From contig CAVTQK010000024.1 in assembly GCA_963736855.1 (NCBI GenBank), forward strand, positions 128,001-192,000: DNA of 64,000 bases. Reading direction: 5' to 3'. Every line of letters begins with the position of its first letter. Position 1 is the stretch's first letter. Shown here in pieces: positions 1-9,267 of this stretch. Source of the DNA: an uncultured delta proteobacterium. GTDB taxonomy: Bacteria > Desulfobacterota > Desulfobacteria > Desulfobacterales > UBA2156. The notes beneath the pieces were generated by a model that saw nothing but the letters and a program-made list of their open reading frames with translations, did no database searches and was not told the origin of the DNA. The translations under genes and the position numbers were made by a program.

Positions 1-815
1 CCCATCATCAATTTTGCTCCGTACTTCATCTGAATGTGCTCGTTTAAGGGATGGGGCTTGTCTTTTCCAACCGCAAAATTCATGGCCAAAGCCGGTATAA
101 ACCAGTTGATCAGGGAGGGTACGAAGACCAGGAAGAATTCTGAGAACTGGACCTTTCCCTTTTGCCATACCATCAACGTCGTGATGTCCCCGAATGGGGA
201 GAAGGCGCCGCCGGCATTGGCCGCCACCACGATGCTGATGCAGGAAAGGCTGACGAAGCGATGGTTATCCCCGCCTACCGCCATGACCACCGCACCCATT
301 AAAAGCGCTGTGGTGAGGTTATCCGCGAAAGGTGAAATAAAAAAGGCCAACAACCCCGTGATCCAGAATATCAGGCGCAGGGAAAATCCCCGGGAGACCA
401 AAAAGGCGCGCAGGAACTGGAAGACGTTTCGTTCTTCCAGGGAGTTGATATAGGTCATGGCCGCAAGGATGAACAGGAACAGTTCTGCATACTCGAGGAG
501 GCTCGCGCGGATGGCTGTTCCGGCGGCATGAAGATTTCCGGCCCGAGTGTATGCGATGGCCACGAGAACCCAGATTAGGCCTGCGGACATGAGGACCGGG
601 ATGCTCTTTCTCAAGTGCAGTTTGTTTTCCAGTGGGACAAAAGAATAGGCAAAAACAAAGAGCGCTAAGGAAAGATAACCCCAATAGGTTCGTGACAACT
701 CCAACGTTGAGGATCCGCCGGAGCTCCCGCTGCTTGCCCACACTACCGTCGTCGTGATCAAGAGTATGGCCGCAAACAGGAGTCGTTTGCTGCATAAGCG
801 CTTCAAAAACGTCAT
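1..815 (-). CDS. nhaD: NhaD-family Na+/H+ antiporter, running off the window start (alternative ATG at 845)
   Basis: Not in the ORF track. Manual minus-strand translation gives YWGYLSLALFVFAYSFVPLENKLHLRKSIPVLMSAGLIWVLVAIAY and later DNLTT and NAGGAFSPFGDITT, which are NhaD-type motifs. Confidence 0.85.
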   Translation of the reverse strand, partial: MTFLKRLCSKRLLFAAILLITTTVVWASSGSSGGSSTLELSRTYWGYLSLALFVFAYSFVPLENKLHLRKSIPVLMSAGLIWVLVAIAYTRAGNLHAAGTAIRASLLEYAELFLFILAAMTYINSLEERNVFQFLRAFLVSRGFSLRLIFWITGLLAFFISPFADNLTTALLMGAVVMAVGGDNHRFVSLSCISIVVAANAGGAFSPFGDITTLMVWQKGKVQFSEFFLVFVPSLINWFIPALAMNFAVGKDKPHPLNEHIQMKYGAKLMM

Positions 816-980
816 CAATTTTCTTTCAATAGTGGGTCCCTCCATGCTTCAGAAGCCGCGAAAGTCCCGGTTACGAAAAAATAGGTCCCGGGGCATTCGT
901 TTCACTCCTGAACCCTTTGAATCCTTGGACTCTGCATATTTCATTTTGACCAAAATCTCATTTTTTTCAAGTAACAAATC

Positions 981-1174
981 TTGATGAAACCCTAATAAGG
1001 CCGATTTTTCTCGCGCCGCAAGTCTTTTCGGAAGATCCAAAGGGTTTCGCTAAATCTCAAGAACTCGGCACAAGTGCCTCAAACAGCTTGAGATTTTTAA
1101 CGCTCAACCCTTTGCCTCTCTTTTTCCGAAAAGACTTGAATGGCGCTCACAAAACCTTTTTACGAAGCCATCAA
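981..1174. mobile_element. Miniature palindromic element type A, copy 1 (194 bp)
   Basis: Ends are TTGATGAAACCCTAATAAGG and CCTTTTTACGAAGCCATCAA, flanked by tc on both sides. It is the reverse complement of 2696-2889 with about 7 mismatches. Confidence 0.85.
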
Positions 1175-1269
1175 TCTTGGCTTAGAAGGAATCTTGAAGA
1201 GTTCACCCTGTTGTTGCAAAAGCCGTATTTTTTCTATACCTTATCATGTTTTTTATGCAACTGCAGCGT

Positions 1270-2115
1270 TCACTCAAACCGAGCCAAAAACGATTCCGGT
1301 ATCAGGCGGATCCAGTCATAGAGCCGGCCCTTGAGAATGAAAAGGCGGGGGGCTTCCGGAAAGTCGAAGAGCCGATAGAGGCGATACGAATCCGGGTTGG
1401 CGGCTGAAAATGCAAGTTCGGCCGCCGAGAGGGAAAAGGGGAAACGCATACCGCATGATGTGGTTTTAACCTTGATGAAAATGGGCTTTTCATTGTATTC
1501 GTAAGAGAGGATGTCATAGGGTGAAACCGATGCCCGTTTTACGGAGATTTGCTCTATGCGATCGGCCATCCGGAGACTCACTTCCTCCCGAAGTCTTGCC
1601 CTTTCAAGATCCAGAACAAACCCTTTTCCGGCCTCTTTCAGGTCGGAATTGTTCGCTTCTGCAGTGGCGAAGGTGTATTTCTTCATGGTTTTTCTAAGGA
1701 GACGTTCCTTATTACCGGATCCGGGGGGATGAGACTCAGGGGGATCCACGATGGTGGCACGGAAAAAGAGATCTCGCTGAACCGGTGCCAGCAGGGATCT
1801 TTCGGCATAAGCCATCAGGATGTCGACAATTTCGGTGTGTTTTCCCAGGTGTGAGTCGATCTGCTCGATCAGGAGCATTTGATAATTATCCAGGGGTTTA
1901 TAACCCCTGATGTATGGCAGATTTAGGGCCAGAAGAGCGGCGCTGATGGTCTGATATTTTTTTTGGACGGCTCCGGCATTGCGTGGGGTCAATTTTTCGA
2001 CGAGCCGGTTTCGGTGATCCATTTTGCTGTAAGGTTCCCCTTTAAGTTCCCTGCAGAGCATAATAAAGTAATCCGCCACGATGGCTTCTACTTCTTCCTT
2101 GCTCCAGGGATTCAT
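1270..2115 (-). CDS. DUF3883 (NOV_C) domain, restriction-endonuclease-like protein; active site looks degenerate
   Basis: N-terminal WSKEEVEAIVADYF..ELKGEPYSK and C-terminal YDILSYE..IKVKTT..PFSLSAAEL..YRLYRLFDF match the family pattern. Confidence 0.75.
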   Translation of the reverse strand: MNPWSKEEVEAIVADYFIMLCRELKGEPYSKMDHRNRLVEKLTPRNAGAVQKKYQTISAALLALNLPYIRGYKPLDNYQMLLIEQIDSHLGKHTEIVDILMAYAERSLLAPVQRDLFFRATIVDPPESHPPGSGNKERLLRKTMKKYTFATAEANNSDLKEAGKGFVLDLERARLREEVSLRMADRIEQISVKRASVSPYDILSYEYNEKPIFIKVKTTSCGMRFPFSLSAAELAFSAANPDSYRLYRLFDFPEAPRLFILKGRLYDWIRLIPESFLARFE

Positions 2116-2139
2116 CTCGGCGGCCCTTACGGTGATGAG

Positions 2140-2508
2140 TTATACAGATTTTTCATTTTCGACGATGGACAACCCTACGAGATAATGATCCTTGTAAGGT
2201 CCTTCCCGGCAAAAGGTGATGTGACGGATTTCAGTCAGGATATTCTTTAATAGCCTGGGCGCATTCAAGGGGGCATAACTCATGCTATGAGTTTCCCCTA
2301 CTTTAATGTGAGCAAGAATTGCCGAATCCTGACGGATGGCAATGCAAAGTCCGCCATTGGAAATATCGCGCAGTTTGAACTGGTAAGCCGGGCTTTCCTT
2401 GCTGATTGCAAACTGTACGCTGTAATAGCAATCCACGAGAGTTCTGGGGGAAGCTCTTTTTTCCCTGAAATCGTCTTGGGTGTCCTGTTGTTTTTCCATG
2501 GCCGCCAT
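2140..2508 (-). CDS. PilZ-domain protein (start 2508 or 2499; the upstream ORF extension is repeat-derived)
   Basis: Contains RxxxR (EKRASPR) and D-x-S-x-x-G (DISNGG) motifs. Confidence 0.75.
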   Translation of the reverse strand: MAAMEKQQDTQDDFREKRASPRTLVDCYYSVQFAISKESPAYQFKLRDISNGGLCIAIRQDSAILAHIKVGETHSMSYAPLNAPRLLKNILTEIRHITFCREGPYKDHYLVGLSIVENEKSV

Positions 2509-2536
2509 TATTCGGATATTTTTGGGATACTCAAAA

Positions 2537-2693
2537 TTGATGGCTTCGTAAAAAGTCCAATTTCTGCGTTGCGCTTCATCCCGTTGCGATTTCGACGTAC
2601 GATAAGTACGCCTCATCACACGGGATTCGCGACGCCTTGAACTTGAACTTTTTACTTTGCCATCTGATTTTCGACTTTTTACGAGTTCGTCAA
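2537..2693. mobile_element. Miniature palindromic element type B, copy 1 (157 bp)
   Basis: Ends are TTGATGGCTTCGTAAAAAGTC and GACTTTTTACGAGTTCGTCAA, flanked by aa/aa. It is the reverse complement of 39808-39964 with 2 mismatches. Confidence 0.88.
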
Positions 2694-2695
2694 AA

Positions 2696-2889
2696 TTGAT
2701 GGCTTCGTAAAAAGGTTTTGTGAGCGCCATTCAAGTCTTTTCGGAAAAAGAGAGACAAAGGGTTGAGCGTTAAAAATCTCAAGCTGTTTGAGGCACTTGT
2801 GCCGAGTTCTTGAGATTTAGCGAAACCCTTTGTATCTTCCGAAAAGACTTGCGGCGCTAGAAAAATCAGCCTTTTTACGATTTCATCAA
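2696..2889. mobile_element. Miniature palindromic element type A, copy 2, in tandem with type B
   Basis: Ends are TTGATGGCTTCGTAAAAAGG and CCTTTTTACGATTTCATCAA, flanked by aa/aa. It is an inverted copy of 981-1174. Confidence 0.88.
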
Positions 2890-2919
2890 AATTGACTTAA
2901 TCTTAACAAAGGGTTGCTG

Positions 2920-5331
2920 TCAAGCCGTGCCTTTTTGGGAAACATGTTTTTGGATGCACAGCCATGCCGACAGATAGGACACCGCTGCAAAGAGCAGGTT
3001 TGTCGATATTCCGAAACCGATGGCAATTTGAACGGCGGCAACAGCGGTTAATACCGATGCACACCCGTTGGCCGCCCAGGCAAAGGCTCGTTGTTGAGGG
3101 CCGTCCAAAAGGATGCGCATCCCCATGGGAAACGGAAGGCCTGCCGGAAGACCCATCGGCAAAAGGAGTATAAGGGCGAAGACCGTGCGAGAGGTTTTGG
3201 GAAGTCTTAACGCCTGGTGAATCCCCGAATCCAGCATCCAATAACTGACAGCCGCTAGAATTGTCAGTGCCAAAAGGGATTTTTGCATCGCACCTTTTCG
3301 CAGATTCTGGGATATCCCGCCCCCTGCGCCCGAAAAAATAAGGATCCCGGCTATCCCGGCGACGAAGCTGACTACCGGATCTCCTAGAAGCAGGGTGAAA
3401 GCCTGAATGAAATACATTTCCAGAAACATGAACCCCATACCCACGAAAAAAAAGAAGAGGAAATTTGGAAGGAGATGATTATCGCCTCGCCGAAAAATTG
3501 AAGAAAGCGGGAGCAATAGGAAAAGGATACTGATAGCCGCCGCTTCGATCAGAACGACCCAAACGACGATTTCCCCGGACATGAAGAGGGAGTAAAAGCG
3601 GCTTCCGGTGCTCCGGTATAGGGTCCGGATCCGGTCGTACTTGATGAATCTGTCCGGAAAAGGACGTTCATCCGTACAGGGTTTGACATCAATGAGGTAG
3701 TCATTAAAGAAGGTTTCCGGTTTGTCCTTTTCATAGGCATCGGATAGCTCGGAAAGAGCGCGGTGGTAGTAAGGCTCCGGAAACCGATTAAACCGGTTCA
3801 CAGGGTGAGCAATCGATATCTTGCTGAAAACAAAATCGAAATTGAGTCGATTTGCGAAATCGATCAGAGGCGCCGGGTCAGGCAGTGCCGACCTGGAAGC
3901 GATCAGGACGAAAGTATCCCAGTTTCTGAGGATGAGGATATGGCGACCCGGATCCGAGACGCCCTTTTGGACGAGGCACTTGTAAGCGGTGGACCACAGC
4001 CGGAGCGAGTCTGCCGGTGGAAGACGAAGCTTCCTGGAAACGATCAAAATGCCTCGATGCGAAAGACGATTCAGATATGCCGCAAAAGCATCCAGCGTCA
4101 GGAGATAGTCCTGGGTCAGGGCACCGGTTCCGGGAAGGGAGGGACCCCAGTTTTCTACATGGATGACGTCGAATGTCGGTCCGGGGGCTGCCAGAAACGC
4201 CCTGGGCGCGTCGGAAACGACGGTGATCCGATAATGTTCTTGGGTCAGTTGTGCCAGGAAAGGGTGGGGTTCCACCACCGTGATGCTTTCGGCTCCCGAT
4301 GCCAGGGCACAGGGGATTGCGGTGCCGCCTCCAGGCTGAATAATCAGAACCCCTCCGGGGTTAGGTATCAGCACATATCCGGCATACTGAAGGGTAAACC
4401 GGGCAAAAGCCTTGTTCGTGTTTGTTTCGTAGAAGGTTAAAGGATGGTCGCCATCCTTGAAGGCCGCCCACTGGGCCGGAGGTGTTGATGGATACTTCAA
4501 GCTCAATCCCGGCGCATACCTGAGGTGAGGGCTTTGCAGACAATCCACCCGGCCGTAAATGCTGGAGGCCTTCTGAAAAACCTGGGAGTCCGGAAACTGG
4601 AGGGACTGACTCAAAGCCTTGTAAGGGGAAGGGCGGATCTGCAGCAGGGCGTTGGTGCCTGAAAAAAGAAAAACAGCGAAAACGCAAAGAATCCCAACGG
4701 CAGTGAGCATGGCCAAGGAAACGCCTTTAGTTTGGGAAAAGAAGGGCTTATGAAAAAAATCTTGGAGAAGGCTTTTCAGACCATCGCCTGCCGCGGGAAT
4801 TAAAGGGATCAGGGCGGATAGGGCCGCAGCCCCCGTTTCACCGAATAGAGAGAGAAGCGGGATCGAAGCGGCGGCGCCGCACGCCGATCCAGCCATGCTG
4901 GCAAAATACAAGATTCCGCTTTTTTCAGGACAGGCGGCATATCCGATCATGATGGCCAGGCCGCAAAAGAAAAAGGCAACACCCAGCACCAGGTAAAGGA
5001 TGAAAAGGTAAAGGATCTGTCTGGGTTCGAAGGGGAGCCTGAAATAATCAAAAGGAATCCGGCTTAAGATGAAAAGCGAAAAGAGGATGCTGATCGAAAA
5101 AGCAAAGGCAAGGAGGTCCAGATGAATTCCTGCCGACCACTTCCTTTCCCAACCGGGCATGCGACCGTCCAAAAGGGAGAACAGGACGCCTCCGGCTGAA
5201 AAACCGAGAAGGGCGATGCTGATCACCATGAAAGACAGATGGTTCCACTGGCTTATGGAAAAAAGGCGTGTCAGGAAAATTTCAAAGGCCAGTGAGGAAA
5301 AGGAAAGAAAAAATACGGTCCACAGGATCAT
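2920..5331 (-). CDS. Polytopic membrane protein with a central spermidine-synthase-like / SAM-dependent methyltransferase-fold domain
   Basis: Multiple TM segments at both ends (LAFEIFLTRLFS, GMGFMFLEM, AWAANGCASV). The central region has PGGG..VEP..FDVI and TDERPF motifs. Confidence 0.7.
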   Translation of the reverse strand: MILWTVFFLSFSSLAFEIFLTRLFSISQWNHLSFMVISIALLGFSAGGVLFSLLDGRMPGWERKWSAGIHLDLLAFAFSISILFSLFILSRIPFDYFRLPFEPRQILYLFILYLVLGVAFFFCGLAIMIGYAACPEKSGILYFASMAGSACGAAASIPLLSLFGETGAAALSALIPLIPAAGDGLKSLLQDFFHKPFFSQTKGVSLAMLTAVGILCVFAVFLFSGTNALLQIRPSPYKALSQSLQFPDSQVFQKASSIYGRVDCLQSPHLRYAPGLSLKYPSTPPAQWAAFKDGDHPLTFYETNTNKAFARFTLQYAGYVLIPNPGGVLIIQPGGGTAIPCALASGAESITVVEPHPFLAQLTQEHYRITVVSDAPRAFLAAPGPTFDVIHVENWGPSLPGTGALTQDYLLTLDAFAAYLNRLSHRGILIVSRKLRLPPADSLRLWSTAYKCLVQKGVSDPGRHILILRNWDTFVLIASRSALPDPAPLIDFANRLNFDFVFSKISIAHPVNRFNRFPEPYYHRALSELSDAYEKDKPETFFNDYLIDVKPCTDERPFPDRFIKYDRIRTLYRSTGSRFYSLFMSGEIVVWVVLIEAAAISILFLLLPLSSIFRRGDNHLLPNFLFFFFVGMGFMFLEMYFIQAFTLLLGDPVVSFVAGIAGILIFSGAGGGISQNLRKGAMQKSLLALTILAAVSYWMLDSGIHQALRLPKTSRTVFALILLLPMGLPAGLPFPMGMRILLDGPQQRAFAWAANGCASVLTAVAAVQIAIGFGISTNLLFAAVSYLSAWLCIQKHVSQKGTA

Positions 5332-6050
5332 CGGCGTCTCATAACGTGTCCGGTAAGAGGCACAAAGAGAACTCCGCAGATCTGATCGACGGTATAATCC
5401 TCCCCCTTTTTGGTGACCCGGACCAGGTTCTGGTAGCTGAAGGGATTTCCCAGGGGAAGGATGAGGCGACCGCCGTCTTTGAGTTGTTTGAGCAGAGGCG
5501 GTGGAATGTGATCCACTGCCGCAGTGATCATGATGGCGTCGAAAGGTTGAACTTGTTCCCAGCCGAAGTATCCGTCTCCGTGCCGAGTTTGTATTTTTGT
5601 ATAGCCAAGATTATTTAGGATCTTGGATGCATTTTCATAAAGCTTTACTTTAATTTCAATCGTGTAAACGCTCGGCGTCATTTGGGACAAAACGGCGGCC
5701 TGGTAACCGGATCCGGTACCCACCTCCAGCACCTTGCTGTCCGAATTGATGGACAACTTTTCAGTCATCAGTGCCACGATATAGGGCTGGGAGATAGTTT
5801 GGCCTTCTCCGATGGGAAGGGGATGATCTCCATAGGCACGACCCCTCAGTTCTTCCGGAACAAAGAGGTGTCTGGGGACTCTTTCCATCGCCGAAAGGAC
5901 CGCCTTGTCGATGATGCCCCGGGCTTGAATTTGGGTTTGAACCATCATTTCGCGCTCTTTTCGATACGGATCGATGGTTCCGGTATCGGAAGCGTGCGAT
6001 GGTCTTGTGAGGAGAAACAGGATGGCAAAAATCAGGCTGAATCGTTTCAT
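5328..6050 (-). CDS. pcm: Protein-L-isoaspartate O-methyltransferase with an N-terminal signal-peptide-like segment
   Basis: Motifs VPRHLFVP, PIGEGQTISQP, VLEVGTGSGYQAA, GDGYFGW and FDAIMITAA. Confidence 0.92.
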   Translation of the reverse strand: MKRFSLIFAILFLLTRPSHASDTGTIDPYRKEREMMVQTQIQARGIIDKAVLSAMERVPRHLFVPEELRGRAYGDHPLPIGEGQTISQPYIVALMTEKLSINSDSKVLEVGTGSGYQAAVLSQMTPSVYTIEIKVKLYENASKILNNLGYTKIQTRHGDGYFGWEQVQPFDAIMITAAVDHIPPPLLKQLKDGGRLILPLGNPFSYQNLVRVTKKGEDYTVDQICGVLFVPLTGHVMRRR

Positions 6051-6232
6051 TTCAATCCTTTTTTGCTTGATGAAAAGATGACGGAGGTGACGGCCAAAGT
6101 CAAGGGCAAAGTCCCGGTTTCGGGTATAGACAAGAAGAGGCTTTTATGGTTTGATCCCATCCGACGGATCTTATTATCCAGATGGATACCGGCTTCAGCC
6201 GATAGGGAGCCTGAGAGGAAAGGAATCTGCCC

Positions 6233-7762
6233 ATGAAAGCGATTTTGAAAAACTTGGGAATCAAAGCGACGGAGGAAGGCGGTGGAACCGGATCTGCAAT
6301 CCGTTGCCACGGAAGACTTATGGACGTGGTTTCTCCGATCAACGGAAAGCTTATCGGCAGGGTGCGTCTTGCCGATCGCAAGGATTATGAAAGCGTGGTC
6401 CAATGCGCCGTCGATGCTTTTACGTCATGGAAGATGGTGCCGGCCCCGAAGAGGGGAGACATCGTGCGTCAGATCGGTATCGCACTGCGGGAAAAAAAGG
6501 AAGATCTGGGGGCGTTGGTCAGCCTCGAAGTCGGCAAGATCCGTGCAGAAGGGGAGGGTGAGATCCAGGAGGCCATCGACATGTCGGATTTTGCCGTGGG
6601 CCAATCCCGGATGCTTTATGGACTCTCCATGCACAGCGAACGTCCGATACACCGTATGTATGAGCAATGGCACCCCTTAGGGCCTGTCGGTGTAATAACT
6701 GCGTTTAATTTTCCTGCGGCGGTCTGGTCATGGAATGCACTGATCGCCCTGGTTTGTGGAGATACGGTGATCTGGAAGCCATCTTCCAAAGCCCCCCTCA
6801 CCGCCATTGCCCTCATGAAGATCGCACAAGGGGTTTTGCAGAAAAACGGGCTTCCCCAGGGGATTCTGGGATGGGTTATCGGAGATCGTCATGAGGTGGG
6901 GGAAGCCTTCATCAACGATCCGAGGATTCCGCTGATTTCGGCCACCGGGAGTGTGGCCATGGGAAGGCATATCTCCAAGGCTGTTTCCCGACGTTTGGGT
7001 AAAACCCTTCTGGAACTGGGCGGAAACAACGCCGTCATCGTCACGGCAAGAGCGGATATGGATTTGGCGGTGCGCGCCATCGTGTTCGGCGCCGTGGGAA
7101 CGGCCGGGCAGCGATGCACCACTACACGCCGGGTGATCGCGCACAAGGACATTTACGATGTGCTCACCCAGGCATTGATGAAAACCTATCGGCAGATACC
7201 CATCGGCGATCCCCTGAACCCCTCAACCCTCATGGGCCCCTTGATCGACCGAAAAGCTGTTCAAAACATGCAGTCCGCCCTTTCCAGCCTCAAAAAGCAG
7301 GGAGGGCGGATACTGTACGGAGGAGAGGTCCTTTCCGGAAAGCGCTTTTCCGCCGGCACCTATGTAACCCCGTGTCTTTGCGAGGCGCCTCCCGATGCCC
7401 CCATTGTTTCCGAGGAGACGTTTGCCCCTATTTTATACCTCATCCGGTACGAGACGCTTCAGGAAGCCATCCGATACCATAATGCGGTACCACAGGGGCT
7501 GTCTTCAGCCATCTTCACCGCCGATATGCGGGAAGCCGAATTGTTTTTATCCCAGATAGGAAGCGATTGCGGGATTGCCAACGTCAATGTGGGCACGTCC
7601 GGAGCCGAAATCGGAGGTGCTTTCGGAGGCGAGAAAAATACGGGAGGCGGCCGAGAATCCGGGTCCGATGCCTGGAAGATTTACATGCGTCGTCAGACCT
7701 GCACCATCAACTGGGGAACCGAGCTGCCCCTGGCCCAGGGGATCCGATTCGAACCGGTTTAG
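6233..7762 (+). CDS. Aldehyde dehydrogenase, ALDH7 / piperideine-6-carboxylate dehydrogenase-like
   Basis: Motifs ITAFNFP, LELGGNN, GTAGQRCTTTRR, ETFAPIL and GAFGGEKNTGGGRESGSDAWK. Confidence 0.9.
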   Translation: MKAILKNLGIKATEEGGGTGSAIRCHGRLMDVVSPINGKLIGRVRLADRKDYESVVQCAVDAFTSWKMVPAPKRGDIVRQIGIALREKKEDLGALVSLEVGKIRAEGEGEIQEAIDMSDFAVGQSRMLYGLSMHSERPIHRMYEQWHPLGPVGVITAFNFPAAVWSWNALIALVCGDTVIWKPSSKAPLTAIALMKIAQGVLQKNGLPQGILGWVIGDRHEVGEAFINDPRIPLISATGSVAMGRHISKAVSRRLGKTLLELGGNNAVIVTARADMDLAVRAIVFGAVGTAGQRCTTTRRVIAHKDIYDVLTQALMKTYRQIPIGDPLNPSTLMGPLIDRKAVQNMQSALSSLKKQGGRILYGGEVLSGKRFSAGTYVTPCLCEAPPDAPIVSEETFAPILYLIRYETLQEAIRYHNAVPQGLSSAIFTADMREAELFLSQIGSDCGIANVNVGTSGAEIGGAFGGEKNTGGGRESGSDAWKIYMRRQTCTINWGTELPLAQGIRFEPV

Positions 7763-7792
7763 CCTGAAGGACGAACCGCCGGCGCTTGCATC

Positions 7793-9265
7793 ATGAAACC
7801 CTATTGGATTGCAGGGATCGTTTTCGGGATCATTTTTACCTCGCTAATGGCGGTGCGTCTCAATCTGCTTCACTTGCAGTCGCCAAGCCCTCCGGTCGGA
7901 TTGATCGCTCTGTCTGAAAGAGACACATGGATGAATCTTTTTCAGGAGGGGCAAAAGATCGGGTTTTCCCATTCGGTCCTGAAGCGTGATGAGGTCGGAT
8001 ACCGACTGGAGCAATCGGTTCACATGCGCTTGAACATCATGGGAATGGTTCAGGATGTCGTCATCGTAACGGACTCCCGCCTTAACCCGGATTTGTCCCT
8101 GGATTCCTTTGATTTCAGCATGGATTCCGGACGGTTCCTGTTTAAAGCGAAAGGAATGGTTTCAAAAGGGATGCTGATCGCCGACCTTGAGGGTACCGGG
8201 GGAGAACAGCGGATGGAAATCCCATTACCGCGCGCACCGCATCTGGCCTCCGTGCTTTATGACGCTGTCATCGCGGGCGGCATGAAACCCGGAGAATCGC
8301 GTACCTTCGAGATCTTCGATATTGCCTCCCTTGCCCAGGTGCCCGTATCGGTGCAAATGAAGGGGAAAGAAAAGATTCAGATCATGGGCGCAATCCGGGA
8401 TGTCTCCCGGATTGTGGTCCAATACAAAGGGATGGTCCAATCGGCATGGATCAGCGAAGAGGGGGAGGTATTGCGGGAGGAAGGGCTTTTGGGTATGCGA
8501 CTGGAAAAAACCGATTCCCACAGCGCGATTGCAGGAATCGTTTCCCGGCCAGGCCATGATCTGACCCTTTCCGCATCGGTTCAAGTGGCCACCCCCATCC
8601 AAGACCCAAAGACCCGAACCCGGATTGCCCTCAAGATCGAGGGGATTTCCATCGAGGGTCTGGAACTTCACGGCGGACGGCAGGCCCTTTCCGGAAACAC
8701 CCTGGTTGTTGAAAAAGAGCCTCTTTCGGACTTGCAAGATGAACCCCTGGACCCGCAGAAGGCCGCCCCTTATCTTAAAGCCGCACCGTTTATTCAGTCC
8801 GATCATGAAAGGATCGTATCCCAGTCCCGTCAGATCACGGCGTCAAAGACGCATCCCCTGGATAAGGTCCGGGAACTCGTCGTCTGGATGCAGGATAACA
8901 TCGAAAAGAAACCGGCGATCTCTATACCCGATGCGCTTTCGGTTTTGGAAAACCGGTCGGGCGATTGCAATGAGCATGCGATACTCTTCGCCGCGTTGGC
9001 CAGGGCCGCCGGGATTCCGGCCCGGGTGGAGGCCGGCCTGGTCTATCTCAAGGGGCGGTTTTATTACCATGCCTGGAATCTCGCGTATGTGGGCCGATGG
9101 ATCACGGTGGACGCCCTTTTCAATGAAATCCCGGCCGATGTCACCCATATCCGGCTGGTGAACGACGCGGAAAGAAATCAACTGGACCTGCTTCCGGTCA
9201 TCGGAAGGATAAAAATCTCCGTGGTTGACGATGAGGCGGCACGGAAAAAACGAGAGGCGTTTTAA
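7793..9265 (+). CDS. Membrane-anchored transglutaminase-like domain protein
   Basis: N-terminal TM helix; C-terminal GDCNEH, YHAW and WITVDA give a Cys-His-Asp triad. Confidence 0.85.
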   Translation: MKPYWIAGIVFGIIFTSLMAVRLNLLHLQSPSPPVGLIALSERDTWMNLFQEGQKIGFSHSVLKRDEVGYRLEQSVHMRLNIMGMVQDVVIVTDSRLNPDLSLDSFDFSMDSGRFLFKAKGMVSKGMLIADLEGTGGEQRMEIPLPRAPHLASVLYDAVIAGGMKPGESRTFEIFDIASLAQVPVSVQMKGKEKIQIMGAIRDVSRIVVQYKGMVQSAWISEEGEVLREEGLLGMRLEKTDSHSAIAGIVSRPGHDLTLSASVQVATPIQDPKTRTRIALKIEGISIEGLELHGGRQALSGNTLVVEKEPLSDLQDEPLDPQKAAPYLKAAPFIQSDHERIVSQSRQITASKTHPLDKVRELVVWMQDNIEKKPAISIPDALSVLENRSGDCNEHAILFAALARAAGIPARVEAGLVYLKGRFYYHAWNLAYVGRWITVDALFNEIPADVTHIRLVNDAERNQLDLLPVIGRIKISVVDDEAARKKREAF

Positions 9266-9267
9266 GC

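Noticed and set aside
319..795. 158-aa minus-strand ORF, and plus-strand ORF 34-453
   Set aside because: These are alternative-frame and antisense shadows of nhaD.
2537..2895. Recurrent TTGATGGCTTCGTAAAAAG motifs as a CRISPR array or integron attC array
   Set aside because: They are inverted termini of 157-194 bp elements whose interiors recur elsewhere. There are no unique spacers, cas genes or integron integrase.
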